This document shows positions 34,800 to 48,600 of a stretch of DNA of 64,000 nt, piece after piece. Under the pieces are notes generated by a model. The model worked only from the letters and a program-made list of their open reading frames with translations. It was not told where the DNA came from and ran no database searches. Both the position numbers and the translations under genes were made by a program. Positions within the stretch are counted from its first letter, which is position 1, and each line of letters begins with the position of its first letter. The stretch comes from Takakia lepidozioides (taxonomy: Eukaryota; Plantae; Bryophyta). The DNA lies in assembly GCA_030704615.1 (NCBI GenBank), contig JAKLZA010000360.1, forward strand, positions 355 through 64,354, given 5' to 3'.

Positions 34800-35889
34800 T
34801 GTTAGAGGACTGTCGGGGACTTAGACACTTATACGGGATCTGTAGGGTACCCTTAATTTTTGCACAGACTGAGACCAACAGGAGCCTTAGGGGTGACAGC
34901 AGCGCACTGTAGAGGGGGGTTACACAGCCCGTCACAGTCGTCACAGCCGACACAGCCAACACAGCCCGTCACAGTCGTCACAGCCGACACAGCCGACACA
35001 GCCCGTCACAGTCGTCACAGCCAACACAGCCCACACAGCCCGTCACAGTCGTCACAGTCGACACAGCCAACACAGCCCGTCACAGTCGTCACAGCAGACA
35101 CAGCCGACACAGCTGACACAGCCTGGCACAGCCACACAGCCAGTCACAGCCCGACACAGCCAAACACAGCCAGTCACAGCCCGTCACAGTTTCACACAGC
35201 CAGTCACAGCTTGACACAGCTGTCACGATCATAGGGAACGAAGAGTAGGACAGGGAACGACTGTGGGGAACAACACCTGCGAAGGGAACATGTTAGTTCA
35301 CAGACGACGGTTAGTGAGGGAAACGGTTAGAACCGTGGATAGGAAGATAAAGGGAGAAACGGGGAAGAGAGGGATATCATTCGGAGGAGGACTTCTGGGT
35401 GATAAAGGAGAGAGGATATTCGGAGGAGGACTTCTTGGTCATGGAGGAGAGGGGATCGGGCAGAGATGAAGAACGGAAGTGAAGATAGAGAGATGATGAA
35501 TAGATGCTTGATATATGCAAGGCTGTAATGATATTGTAGAGGAGATTAGAGACACAATGGCTTCGGCCTGATACCTGATAAATCATAATCGGATACTTTT
35601 ACGATACAAACACACTGTGTAGAGAGATCTGAGTGAAGCTGTGGAATGAATGGATGAGTTGATGGAATCCAATAGATTGATAAAGCAAACTGATACTTAA
35701 TTATCAATGGTAAGATAGTTAACATGAATACCAAAAGGGAAACAAATAGGAAACACCCCCATGATACACTAGCTGTAGGTCATGATTGATTGTTCTGCGC
35801 GGGCTGAGTACTTAGAGATTTCCAACTCTTCAATCTTGGAGTTTCCGCCTCAAATAGCGAAGGGATGGGTGAGTAAAAGCCGCGCGACA
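34800..35889 (+). repeat. Complete LTR (1,090 bp) shared by units 1 and 2
   Basis: TGT...ACA termini, PPT upstream, PBS downstream (35892-35910), and an internal CACAGC micro-repeat at 34921-35220. Confidence 0.9.
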
Positions 35890-36477
35890 TTTGGCGACCA
35901 TACTGGGGACCTGGGACATGAACAACCAGATGTGACAGGCATCTGGTGGGATCATGGTGGTTGGACCATCAAAGAATTTGAAGTGAATCAAATTCCCTGT
36001 GGAACGAAGGAAGAAAGATTGTCCAAACAATTCTTTCAAAGGTTCTTGGAATTGCCAGACGGTTGTAAAGAAAATATTCTTAAACGAGTGCATGATGCTG
36101 ATCCAGAATGGGGTCTGGAGAAAGGAGTGATAAAGATTTATCAGGTAGCCTGTAGAGGAAGAGCACGTTGGTTACCAACATTGGTTTATGTGATAGCATT
36201 GCTATCCATTAAACGAGTAGAGTTTGAAGGCTGGGAAGAAAGAAAGGTGAATGTTTATACTCATATGCATGAAGAGCTGGTACTGGTAAAGAATTGGATT
36301 CCAAAGGATATTTTGTGGATCAAACTCACACCAAGAACAGCTTTTCAGACTTGTTTGCCATATGGTTATATGGTAACGGAGACTTCAAGTATAGCCAAGG
36401 GTGCATTGAAGCTTGAAAGAAACCCAGGCATATACGAGAGATATTACAGAAGAGAGTTTTGGTTATTGCCACATTAA
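35782..36477 (+). CDS. Extra 5' ORF (231 aa)
   Basis: Copy of 16472-17167. Confidence 0.55.
   Translation: MIDCSARAEYLEISNSSILEFPPQIAKGWVSKSRATFGDHTGDLGHEQPDVTGIWWDHGGWTIKEFEVNQIPCGTKEERLSKQFFQRFLELPDGCKENILKRVHDADPEWGLEKGVIKIYQVACRGRARWLPTLVYVIALLSIKRVEFEGWEERKVNVYTHMHEELVLVKNWIPKDILWIKLTPRTAFQTCLPYGYMVTETSSIAKGALKLERNPGIYERYYRREFWLLPH
35892..35910 (+). promoter_or_regulatory. Primer-binding site (tRNA-Arg-like)
   Basis: TGGCGACCATACTGGGGAC after CA-TT. Confidence 0.75.
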
Positions 36478-36498
36478 AAGAAATGAAAGACATGGGAC

Positions 36499-38150
36499 AT
36501 GAGTGATGAAAGAGAAGCTAGACGACAGAGATATTCAGCAAAAAGAGAAAGCTATCTGAAAGCTAATTATCCATATCTTTGGGAGAGAGGAATAGACATA
36601 GGGGAATCATCTGGACCTCTCACACCATCAAGATCAAAGAGTGCATCACCTATACCGGAAGAACTAGAGTTGGATGCCACTCCTTCTGTTTCTTTGCAAG
36701 AAAGATTAAGGGAATTGGTACAGGAAGAAGATCAATCACGAGGTGAAAGATCTGAGGTACATCCTTGGATAAAAGACTTGACAGAAATCTTTGATAAGAG
36801 TTGGCATGGAACACCAAAAGCAGGAACTCCAGTTTCTGAAGCAGAAGGTGAAGAAGGAGAAGAGGATGTGGCAGAGCCAACGGAGAGTTCAGACTCTCCA
36901 ACACCATTACAGTTGAGTTACATGAGTGAAGAAGAAACCCAAGGGCAGAACTTGGAGGATGAAAACAGAGAGAAGAAATTAGAAGAGGAAGAATATGAAG
37001 AAGTAGACCCAACAGCTGAGGTTGAGACTACAACCAGGACATCCCAACCCGTTGGACCTGGATCAAGTGGAGCACTTGGATCACAGGCCAACGAAGGTGT
37101 CGGCTCAGGGGGATCAGGCGGGCTGCCTGGATCTGGCTCTGGGGGGACAGGGAGTGTGGGAAGTAGTGCAACTGAAGCTGGGAATACTGTGAATATCGTG
37201 GGGCCAGAAGCAAGGAGTGCTCAAGGGCCACCACTTGGTGGAAGATCCACCACAAAAACAACAGGTCCAGAAGGACCAGCACCAACAAGGGTGCCAGCAC
37301 CTGTCAGTGGGCAGAAGGTAGGGCCACGGATGGCGTTACAACCAACACGGGCAAAACCACCCTTTCCAATATATTCAGGAAAAGGGGATCCCGATGTACA
37401 CATTAGCCAATTTGAGCACATGTGTATAGTGAACAATGAGAATGGCGATGATGCCAAGATGAGACTGTTTCCTTGTTCACTTATCAAGAAAGCAAGTGAA
37501 TGGTATGCAAGATTCCCTGATAATCATTTCCTAACCTGGAATGGCTTGAATACAGCATTTCGAAATAGGTTCAGGACAAGTAAAACTGAGGATGAAGTGT
37601 ATGGAAGTTTACAACAGCTGAAGCAGAAGAAGCATGAAACTGTTGAAGAGTATATGGAGAAGATGGAATTGATGATGAAAAAGCTGGCTGCAGTACCAGC
37701 GCCCGGTTTACAGAAGACTTGGTTTGTGAGTGGACTAAGACCAGAGTTGCAAAAGAAAGTGGACATGTTACCCCATAATACAGTGGAGGAGGCATATGAA
37801 ACTGCGAACAGAATTGAGCAATTGGGAATGCTCAGGAGAGAGAAAAAAGAAGATGAGGACTCTGAGGATGAGTCAGATGAAGAAGAAGAGCAAGAACTAA
37901 AAAGAAAGAGTAAGAGAAAGGAGAAGTTGAAGAGGGATAACTATGAAAAAAAATCGGAAGAAATCTTGAAGAAGTATGCCACAGAGGCTGCAACACATTG
38001 GAGGAAGGGTGTATGGTGTGCAAAGTGCCAAAATGAAGGCCATACCACCACAGAATGCCACATGAAGGAGAAACACTGTACTATTTGTAAAATGGATAAC
38101 CATTCTACTGAGAATTGTTACTACAACAGAAGGACAGCTGCAAGAGAACC
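36499..38150 (+). pseudogene. gag: gag, open up to the MULE B2 insertion
   Basis: 556-aa ORF with capsid-like and CCHC motifs that terminates in the TIR (FTIS*). Confidence 0.92.
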
Positions 38151-38842
38151 GAGGTTTACTATTTCATGAGCGCATGAGCGCATGAGCCCATGAGCCTATG
38201 AGCTCATGAGCGGACATCCGCGGAATTGGAATTTTCCTGCCTTTATTGACGGTGTTATGTCCTCTTACCTCGGTAATAGGGTCTGTTTCTCCTGGTCCAG
38301 GATGCGGAATGAGGTATTTCGGCGCCATTATTCCCAAGAGCAGTGTGCTAAAATGGTGTTTTGAAGACATCCACCGGGGTATTTCGGCACCGAAATTACC
38401 TCTTAAAATGTGATATAGTGCGGTATTTAATGGCGCAGAACGGGCTATTTGGGCGCCGAAATACCCAAGTGGAATGTGCTGAAGTGCCTTGTGCTGAAGG
38501 CTTCCATCGCGATATTTTGGTACAGTAATTCATTCGTGGAATTTTTGAGGCCCATATAACGAAGGCGCGCATTGGGCTATTTCGGCGCCAAATTTCCCAA
38601 TATGAATGTTAGAAACGGCAGGGTTTTCATGGCTTCAAGTTCTCGGCTCGATGGTGTGCATAAATTACTTGTAGGGTTCTTCAATGAAGTTTGCGTCTCT
38701 TCTGCTTTTATTATACATTTTGGTTGGCGGAAGAAATGTAGGGAATCGGACAAGCAGTCTGAACACAATGATTTTTCAAATCGTCAATATTTTCATTAAG
38801 TGTTTCAGAACTGTACAACAAAAGGATCCAAATGAGACTTTG

Positions 38843-40483
38843 CTATGGTGAGGATCCGCTATCACTGTCCGATGCATCCCCGGCCTCATGCAAGGATGGC
38901 TGCCTTCCACCTGCCTCCGAACCTGCACTGCCGCTACCGCTGTTACTCTGAGAAGCCCTCCCCTCAAAAATACCATCCTCACCAGCCGGAACTGTCCACC
39001 TGGGTGCGGAAGTGTCCTCAACATTCCCCTCGCTCTCGGACGCGGATTCTATTACGAACTTCCCTACTCTGCCTTTCACAATTCTATGTTTGGCCTCACG
39101 CCTCATTATAATTCTCTGCTCATTCCCGTATGTCAATTGCTCTAACCGAGTAGGCCTATCCTCCCTGCTGATGGCTTGTCTGCATAGGCTGGTAGAAAAA
39201 AAGGCTTCTGGGGACTCGCGAGAAACGATTTTCTGGCAAAGAATGGCCGATGCGATTCTGTCTCTTCCTCTGCAACAGGGTCCGATTCGGGCAAGTCTCC
39301 CAGCTTCTCCTCGTCGGACGACTCTGCAAGGCTGAGTGTACGCACAAACGTAGAATGAAGTACATTAGAGAATTCAAACAGGGAATCATCGGCAGGTTGC
39401 ATGGTCCCTACAACCGAAACCAATACACTTACTATGGTGCAACTCACTCGAAGACAGGCATTGGGGGAAGCGGCTTCGGGCGCCCCTGCATCGAACGAAT
39501 TTCCTGGACTTCCTCCTCTTCATCTTCCTCCTCCCCTTCCACGTCATCTTCTGCGTTTTTGGGATCCTCAGTCGGAGGCAAACGCTGAAGGCCCGCCAAA
39601 TTGTAATCGTACAAGGCCGTATCCCCCTCAAATGAGAACACAAATCGGTTCGACATCCTTCCCGCCCACATACAGGCACCTGCAAATTCATACGACACAA
39701 CCACAACCAAACTCAAGAATGAGTCGCTTCCTCGCACAAGCAAACATACACAAACGGAAATGGTGTCAATTTTGGTGCCGCATTCAATTAACGTTCTCAC
39801 CTGTATTTGCAGTGATGTCGAGGACCCTGCCTTCAACATCCGTACATGTTTCCATGAGCGTCTGGGATGAATGCAGGACTCCTGGTCCTGCCATACCTCC
39901 ATGGCTTGCCCGACAAATCACAAAGAATGTCCTTCTCTCCACATGGTTGAACAGGACGTTATACTCCAGTGGATCAACTATGGAATCAACAAGTCTTCCT
40001 GTTTCACGTAATTTGAATTTCTAATGTTTCTTCACGAAGCAAAATGCCTGAAAGATAAGAGTCTGCAGAGAAGGAAATGTCCTGGAGGTTTTGCTCCTCC
40101 GCAAGCTCCAGCAGGTTCTGATCGTCGCCAAGTCGTACCACGTTGTCGTCCTCTCCTTCTGTCAGCTCAATGGGCCGCCCTTCTGCAGATCCAACTCCCA
40201 CATCTCCAGCGGCCTCCACCGCATCCGTGTTTTTTGAAATTGACTGCAAACCCAATATCTCTGCTTCCAGTCTCCCTAGGGGTTTTACTGGCGAAGCCAT
40301 GGGCTCCTTCTGCTTCCTCGACTTCCGAACTCTAGGTGGGCTTTTCTGAGGCGATATCTGAGGTGTTGAATGAGGACTCGCCTGCCTCGATGCACTTCCA
40401 CCTTGCGAGCGCAGCACCCGGGCAGGAGTATCCAAAGTTGACTGTGTTGCTTCGCCCCCCTGCGATCCCTCCCCAGCTCCCAT
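38843..40483 (-). pseudogene. Deleted ParB-MTase homologue (B2)
   Basis: As 19532-21186, plus a 13-bp deletion near 39176. Confidence 0.8.
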
Positions 40484-41148
40484 GTCAAACAAACAGGAAA
40501 ACATGAGACACTGCACGCAAAAAAAAAGGTGTAAAAGGAATATTGCGTATGGAGTGCTTCACATCCGCAAAGCACGAATCTCTCACTGGTGGGCGATCCG
40601 AGTCTCCGGATAACGAGGTCTACATTTCATGCATGAGACGGAGCTTAAGTCGTGTCGTCGGCGGCTTCCCAAAATCCCGCGTCCTCCTTCTCTTTGCCGG
40701 AGTCACCTGACCTTCCACAAACTCTATGCTACCACTATGCCGCATAAGGAGAGGAAACGCAGGAGAATGTCACTGCAGAAGGGCAAGGAGCGAGAGAGCG
40801 AAGCGGTGGAACATGCAACCACTCTACACGAGCAGATGTGTAAGCAGCCACGTCTCCCGAAGCGTTGCCACCGTCCACCACTTTTTGCCGTATGGGTGAT
40901 GAAGAGATTGTGACCCCTGACACGTTCGCACGGATGAAGTCGACTGGAACACGACGCGTGCCAGTTCCAGCCACCAGTACAAGATGGTTTATCCGAATTG
41001 CGGCACCGAAATACCTTCCGTTCACCGGATGCTGTTCCCGGAGCAGCCGACATTGAATGAAATATCCGCACATCATGAAACCCAACCGCCATGAAAATCC
41101 CCTGCCTATGACATTCAACAGTCAGGTCGGTACGTTTCATCAGCGGAC

Positions 41149-42812
41149 GGATGAATTTCGGCGCCGAAATTCATCCTATTCAAGTGCTTTCGTACACAAA
41201 CTTACAAATTTCGGCGCCGCAATTCATCGCTTCCCAAGTCCTCATTCGTCATGAGCAAACCTGTCAGTGGGATATCGGAGCCGGAATTAATTCCGGAACA
41301 GTGGAAACGGCTGCACTTGGGCACATTTCATCCATATTTCGGCGCCGAAATTCATTACGAATATCTCCGTCCACGCGTAGACGAGGTGAAATCATCCATA
41401 TTTCGGCGCCGAAATTCATCCAGAGCGAAGACTAAATCGGCACCATGCTATGCTTTGCCGCCATCATTGCCCCTGACGGATGCTGTCCATGCCTGTTGGA
41501 CTTGCCATTTCTGGACATTTAACTATAATTTCGGCGCCGAAATTATACTTTATGTGCGGCAACGTCCCGTGCGAAAAAGACCACTTAATGGATACTGTCG
41601 GTTTCAAATGAAAAAAACAGCTAAAATACAATTAATTTTGACAGAATGGGTTCAATATGCCGATTTCTCCATTAAATGCAGAATATTCCTGTTATCTTCG
41701 TCGGAACGGGGTATTTCCAACGATTTACGAAAAATTATATCATCCAGAAGCAAATAGTAAGTGTCGGGTTTGGACGAATTTCGGCGCCGAAATTCATCCG
41801 TCGCATAGAAAATGTAATATTAGAGTTACTCATTGCGGACAGTAAGGATGAATTTCGGCACCGAAATTCATCCATTTCAAAGAAAAATAAATATTGGAGG
41901 GAGGGCATTGGATGAATTTCGGCGTCGAAATCCGGCGCTCAAACCCTGAAAAGAATTTGGAGGGATGGAGTCGGTTGAATTTCGGCGCCGAAATTCATTG
42001 CTCGCGAAGAAAAAAAATAAAATTCGGGAGGACTTCGGATGAATTTCGGCGCCGAAATTCATTGCTCGCGAAGAAAAAATAAAATCGGGAGGACTTCGGA
42101 TGAATTTCGGCGCCGAAATTCATTGCTCGCGAAGAAAAAAAAAAATTCGGGAGGACTTCGGATGAATTTCGGCGCCGAAATTCATTGCTCGCGAAGGAAA
42201 AAAAAAAAAGTTCGGGAGGACTTCGGATGAATTTCGGCGCCGAAATTCATTGCTCGCGGAGAAAAAAATAAATTCGGGAGGACTTCGGATGAATTTCGGC
42301 GCCGAAATTCATTGCTCGCGAAGAAAAAGGAAAATTAGAAGGGAGGACTTGGATGAGATTCGGCGCCGAAGTTCATCTGTCGCAAAGAAAAAAAAAAAAA
42401 AAAAAACTTCAGATGAATTTCGGCACCGAAATCCATCCGCAGGGCAGCATAATTAGGGTCGGAAAAGGAGATGAAGAATGAATTTCGGCGCCGAAATACA
42501 TCCATTCTGCCGATTCAGGATTACTGTCATTCGGATGTCGGCACCGATATCCGACACGTGGTGAATCACGACTGTAATCAGGAACACATTCATCTGTATT
42601 TTGGCATCCAAATTCAACCCTCATGTGCAGAAACAATTTGATGAAGAAGATGTTCATCCGAATTTCGGCACCGAAATCCATCCGTTGGATGCTTGGTCAG
42701 TTTCATGAGGTGAACAAATTACTATTTCTGTCGCCGGAATTCATCCCCTGGCTTCCAAAGTTGTTACATGACAGAGATGTTCATCCAGATTTCGGTGCCG
42801 AAATTCATGGGA
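41149..42812. repeat. B-type palindrome cluster and ~62-bp satellite (41976-42380)
   Basis: Six full units plus one degenerate unit. Confidence 0.93.
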
Positions 42813-43183
42813 AGGCCTGATTTATTGTAGCCCAAGTGGTTGTACATTACAATTCAGGCACCAAATATCCGATGTGAACTTGCTGTTGTCGTCCGTTTTT
42901 GTAACGTACGTTACATACCTTCATCTTTACGTGCACTGATCACCCATCCTGTTGGATACGGAATCCTCCAGAAAATCATTTGTGTTATTAGGTAGGACAC
43001 ACTCTTCTCACTGCAGGACTTCGCTGCGGAGTGTACCGAGAGGTCATGTCTTCAACATGGACTCCCGTGTTTGGGTAAACGTGTACTTCCATCCTGATTC
43101 TCTGAAAGCTAAAATACGTTCCACGAAATCCAATTCCCAGTCGTCATCCTCCTCCCACGAGAAGCTCTTCGCCCCGCATACCG

Positions 43184-43603
43184 GTGGGTGACCCCGCAGC
43201 TTGGCCCACCCATCGGTGGGGGAAACTGAAAAGACGGCGGCCACCAACAAAGGCGAACGACACCAGGATGTCCAACGCTCTTGCAATGCCCTGCATAGTG
43301 CAAGGTTGCAGGGATGTTCCTCACCCCGGGATGGGGCGCATATTTCAGTTGTCAACAGCCGGGTCTGCTGCGCGCAGTGTCGTGTATACAATCACGGTTT
43401 CACAGTACCCAGCTTGCAACTGTGAGGACTTCCTTGTTATGGAATTGAAGAATGCAGCATACGTCCCCTGCAAACACCTTTATTACATTTTTCTGAAGCG
43501 CATGAGTTGCATATCCGCAGTGGACGTCTTCATCCATGCTCCAACACTGAGTTTCAACGAGCTGCACAAGGCCCTACGGCAGGACACTGGTCGGACTGCT
43601 TGA
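43184..43603 (+). CDS. SWIM zinc-finger ORF (possibly a remnant of a transposase or accessory gene)
   Basis: YTITVSQYPACNCEDF...VPCKHLYYIF fits the CxC-x(n)-CxH SWIM pattern; the true start is uncertain. Confidence 0.78.
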   Translation: MGDPAAWPTHRWGKLKRRRPPTKANDTRMSNALAMPCIVQGCRDVPHPGMGRIFQLSTAGSAARSVVYTITVSQYPACNCEDFLVMELKNAAYVPCKHLYYIFLKRMSCISAVDVFIHAPTLSFNELHKALRQDTGRTA

Positions 43604-44286
43604 CATTCCACATTCGGGAAGGAGAAAGTGGCAATTATATTACATTCATCTTCTTGCACCCTATTTTTTTTGGAGGAATTATACACTTGGTGGTGCCGCA
43701 TCGCCATGGCTACATGTGAATTTTGGTGCCGCAATACATGAGAATGTGGTTTTTGGCCATGAATGGCATGCGCATGCTTTTTTTATTTTGGTTGTCTACA
43801 AATGGATCCGAGTAAAGCATACATTGTGTGGAGATTAACGGGCATTGAGGCCTATTTCAGCGCCGTTTATGGTCTATGTACTGCATAGTGCTTCCTTGTT
43901 ACTGCTCTTCATTCAATTTGTAGTGATTTCGCAGCCCATCCTGGCGTTTTCGTCCACCTCTATGAGAAGACTCCAATTTGCTACAAATACATTGTTACTG
44001 TTCTGCAAATGTGATGTCTTTACAAGATTGCTAGTTCTGTGTCCCAGTGGGAAGGGTCCTACTGCACATTCCAGCATTTGCATACTGCACTTTGTGCAAA
44101 CAGCAATCCATACGACAAAGGACACGTCCCAGCATACTGGCAGTGAATTGCAAAAAACCTTAACAGAAGATTATCCAAGCATGTATATTCCCCATATGGC
44201 ACAGGGAAGCTGCTTGATTTCTGAATGAAAATGTATGTGCCATGAGTGTCGGCGAGTCGAAACATGTCTACTCTAGCATGCAAGAC

Positions 44287-44838
44287 CTATGGTCCCCTCG
44301 CCCAAGAAGAAGGAACTCTAACTGGCCTCTCAAAGACCTCCTGAGTGACCGGGTGCCTATATTTGAACAAAATGTCAGTGGTTTCTGTCGCCCAGTTGAA
44401 ACTAACGAGGATGTCGTGTTTATCGATAGCGCCCCCTTGGTAGAAGGACATTTTCACAGTGGGCCCTGTGTTCCCCTCCTCCTCATCCTCATAACTGAAG
44501 AGAATGTCCCCACTTTCCGAGCCAGTCCGTCCACGCGTAAAGTTTTCACCTATGCACTCATCATACGTCCACTCGCAACAATTCCAGCGATACAGCAACG
44601 CTGTGCGTGATCTGTTCGGCTCCCACTCATGCGGAAAGTCCAGGTCCATGATGCGTAGGAACCACCTGCTCCCCAGCCGGGGTCCAGGAGAATCGTGCAA
44701 TCCTGGAAGAAACTCCATTGCTCTCAGCTGGACAAGTCGAGGATCGTCCCTATAAACATCCAGGAAAACAATGATGTCGTCTGCTTTCGGGAAAATGACT
44801 CCCGTCTGGCGTCGATAGATGTGATTCGGGCACGACAT
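44287..44838 (-). CDS. ORF-X homologue, intact (~183 aa)
   Basis: Aligns along its whole length with 8340-8903. Confidence 0.75.
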   Translation of the reverse strand: MSCPNHIYRRQTGVIFPKADDIIVFLDVYRDDPRLVQLRAMEFLPGLHDSPGPRLGSRWFLRIMDLDFPHEWEPNRSRTALLYRWNCCEWTYDECIGENFTRGRTGSESGDILFSYEDEEEGNTGPTVKMSFYQGGAIDKHDILVSFNWATETTDILFKYRHPVTQEVFERPVRVPSSWARGP

Positions 44839-45672
44839 GGCCTCACACATAGCACGAACTCAAAGCAGGGAGGAGATGGGCACAACAGAGAAGAGTGAAG
44901 AGCAAAATGAGAGCAAGGCCTCCCTTACCGTAAGGCGGGTATTTGCTCTCCGGAGCCCAATTTTGGCGCTGTTATTGGATGGAGTGCGGAAGCTTCAGCC
45001 GAGAATTTTGTTTCCGCAGGTCAATTTCGGCGCCGTTATTGGTTGCAATCCCTAGCCTTCAGCCGGGTATTTGGTTTCCGGACCCAATTTCGGCGCCGTT
45101 ATCGGCTGCACTCCGGTGGCTTCAACCGAGTATTTGATTTTCGGGGCCCATTTTGGCGCCGTTATCGCCTGCACTCCGGAGGATGCAGCCGGGTATTTGG
45201 TTGGCGGAGCCCAATTACTTTCACCGTTGTTGGCTTCACTCCCGAGCCTTCAGCCGGCTATTTCTTTTCCTGTGCCCAATTACGGCGCCGTTATACCCAA
45301 CCATCATGCACTTCTGCAACAGTACTATCCACGGTTATAGGTCGCCATTGCGTTTTCGGAGTCTGCAAACCCGGATCCTAATTCCGCTTGCGTCTCTGCC
45401 TCTGGGATAATTTCGGTGCCGTTATTGCCCAGAATTCAGTTTTTCTATGACCTGGCCTAGCGGTCCATGAGCCTGGGCTCCAAGTCATGAGCGTACACTG
45501 GTACTCATGAGCGGAGTGCTTCCAGCATGAGCGCGGAAATCTTCGATTTTTGATTATTTTATAGTTTTGGGCCCGAAAAAAATCTGCCGAAATTCGAAGT
45601 GTGTTACTTTGCGGCTCATGGGTGAGCCATGCCCGCTCATGAGCTCATGGAATAGCAACCCCCAAGAGAACC

Positions 45673-48600
45673 TAGGCAAGTAAGGGTGCATCAGGTGCAG
45701 CCCCAGCCAAGAAGAAACAATGATCATGACCACTATGGTAGGTCTGGTGGTTATAACAATGGCATGGAAGGGAGAGGTAATTCAAGAGGGAATTACCAAG
45801 GAAATTCCAGAGGCAACTATCAGGGTAATCCAAAGGGGAATTACCAGCCCGGGAATCAGGATTATAGAAATAATCCAAGAACTGACCAAGGGCGAGGACC
45901 CAATGGTGAAGAGCTATGTTACTATTGTAATCAGCCAGGACATCGCAAGGCAGCCTGTTCATTCTGGATAAGACACCAGAATGAGATGAGAGCTCCTGTG
46001 AATGAGGGCCCAGTGGTGGCAGCTCACATGGTTAGGCCATGTGTTGTACCAGAAGTAAGTACAATGATAGTAACAAGAAGTAAAGCCAAACTAATACCTC
46101 CAGTAGAAGAGGAAGAAGATGAGACTGGAAGTGGCAATGATATGCCTGAAGATGAAGAGACTTGGAAAGATGAGAAGGAACTGCACAAGGAAGTGGCAGA
46201 TACTATAAGGAAAATGCAAAAGAGTACTGATATTCCTGTGGCAGATTCCTCTGATTCGGATGGAGAAAAAGAAGGGAGTGAGGAAGAAAGGAAAAAAGAA
46301 GATGCAGACATGCAAAGTAATGAAGAGACTTTGGCTGCAGTAATATGTCAGACCAAAGCAGAAATTACCATTGGACAGCTATTAGCTGTGGCACCTTATT
46401 GTAGGCACAGGCTGTATCAAGCAATCAATCGAATTGCCCAAGAGACAGGAAACACAGACCTGAATAGCAAGGTGACCAGTTATAATGTGAAGCCGGAAGG
46501 GCGAGAACCAGTCATGGACTTTGATGATTCTATGTCAGTAATCCAATTGAGAATTGGAAGCACAGAACTAACTGATGTACTGATAGATGGTGGTTCTGGA
46601 GTAAATATCATGACAGACCAATTAAGGAAGAAGCTTGGTCTAAGTAACATGAAACCAGCCCCATTTACAGTAACAATGGCAGATCAAAGAAGTGTACAGC
46701 CATTGGGATTAATAAGAGGAGTTAAGATACAGATACAGAAAATGATCTTTATGATCACAGTAACTGTATTAAAAATGGATGAAGTCATGGAGGCTTACTC
46801 CTTATTATTGGGACGTCCGTGGCTGAAACAGGCCAGGGTATTCCATGACTGGAATTCTCAGTTACTAACCGTGCATAATGGGATACACGAGATACAAATT
46901 ACCACAAAGAAATCTAGTAGATTACCTGCTACAAGAAGACCTCGAGGAGTCAGAGAGTATGACTGGAGAGGAGGACTGGATGAGGAGCAGGAAGCTACCC
47001 TATTTGCTGCACACCCAGAGTGGGAGCAGGTTGCAGAGATGCGGCTGGAAAGCCTAAGTTGTTTGAGAGGTATCTGCTGTGGTGTAGTGACAGCAACACC
47101 AACTGAAGAAGAAACCAGCATTTACCCATCACATTTCTATGAAGAAAGAGAAGGAGAAATAGAAATCCTAGAAGAACCAGCCACTGTGAGCTTACAGGAT
47201 GAAGTGGTGACTGGTTGGACAATCACAGCTGATGAGCAGGTGAGAGAAGTAAATGTGGGAACTAAAGAGGAACCGAGGATGGTGAAAGTAGGAGCTGATT
47301 TGGAGCCGGAATTCTTCGAAGAAGCTAAAAGCTTGTTCATCAAATACAGAGATGTATTTGCTTGGAGCTATGAGGATCTAAAAGGGATACCACCTGAAGT
47401 CTGTCAGCATAAGATTGAACTGGAACCAGGGTCAGTACCAATCAAGCAGGCGAGGTATAGAATGAATCCCAACTACGCACAGAAGGTTGGAGAAGAGATA
47501 AAGAAGTTGGCTGAGGCTAAGTTTATATACCCAATAGAGTATACAACTTGGTTGTCACCCATTGTAATAGTTCCCAAGAAGAATGGCAAACTAAGAGTAT
47601 GTGTGAACTATAAGAAGCTGAATGCTTGTACGAAGAAAGATCCTTTCCCTTTGCCATTCACAGAAGCAGTATTAGACACTGTGGCAGGCCATGAGATGTA
47701 CTCATTCATGGATGGCTTCAGTGGTTATAATCAAGTGCAAGTGGCAGAAGAAGACCAAGGGAAAACAGCTTTCATCACAGACTGGGGGGCTTATGCATAC
47801 AAAGTCATGCCCTTTGGACTTTGTAATGCACCAGCGACCTTTCAGAGAGTGATAAGTGAATCTTTTCATGAGTATCTGGATGATTTCATGCAGGTGTTCT
47901 TGGATGATTTCAGTGTGTACAGCTCTAAGAATGAGCACTTGCATAAATTGGAGTTATGCTTGGCCAGATGCAGGATGAGAGGTCTGGGCCTGAATCCAGA
48001 GAAGTGTACTTTCTGTGTGAACTCAGGGGTGCTTCTGGGACACATTGTGTGTAAGAAGGGACTCCTTGTGGATCCCAGAAAGACAGAGTCCATTAAAGCC
48101 TCTCCACCACCAGTGAATGTTAAAAGTCTACGAAGATTCCTTGGGCAAACCAGTTATTACAGGAGATTTGTCAAAAGGTATGCACAAATAGCAGCACCAT
48201 TGAGCAAACTACTGAAGAAAGATGCAGTGTTTGCCTGGACAGCGGAATGTCAACAGGCATTTGAGGAACTTACACTGTCAGTAACAACTACACCTGTACT
48301 GATTAACCCTCACTGGCATGTAGTATTCCATGTTCATTGCGATGCATCAGGAGAAGCGTTGGGAGCGGTGTTAGCCCAGAATGTTACAGGGAATATAGAT
48401 TCACCTGTGTACTATGCTAGCCGGTTGATGAACAGTGCTGAGAGGAACTATAGTACAACGGAAAGAGAAGCATTGGCAATGATCTATGCAGTGAAGAAAT
48501 TCAGGCATTACCTGTTGGGCAAGAAGTTTATGTTCTATGTGGATCACCAGGCTCTGATATACCTGGTAAACAAACCTCTGATAAGCGGAAGAATAGCAAG

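Larger units (their letters stand above)
15908..35889 (+). mobile_element. Ty3/Gypsy LTR retrotransposon unit 1 (non-chromovirus, Athila/Tat-like), with MULE B1 in gag
   Basis: Domain order PR-RT-RH-INT, no chromodomain, tRNA-Arg-like PBS, extra 5' and 3' ORFs, PPT, and TG...CA LTR. Confidence 0.92.
38151..45663. mobile_element. MULE-like element B, copy 2 (7,513 bp)
   Basis: TSD AAGAGAACC at 38142-38150 and 45664-45672; same TIRs as copy 1. Confidence 0.9.
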
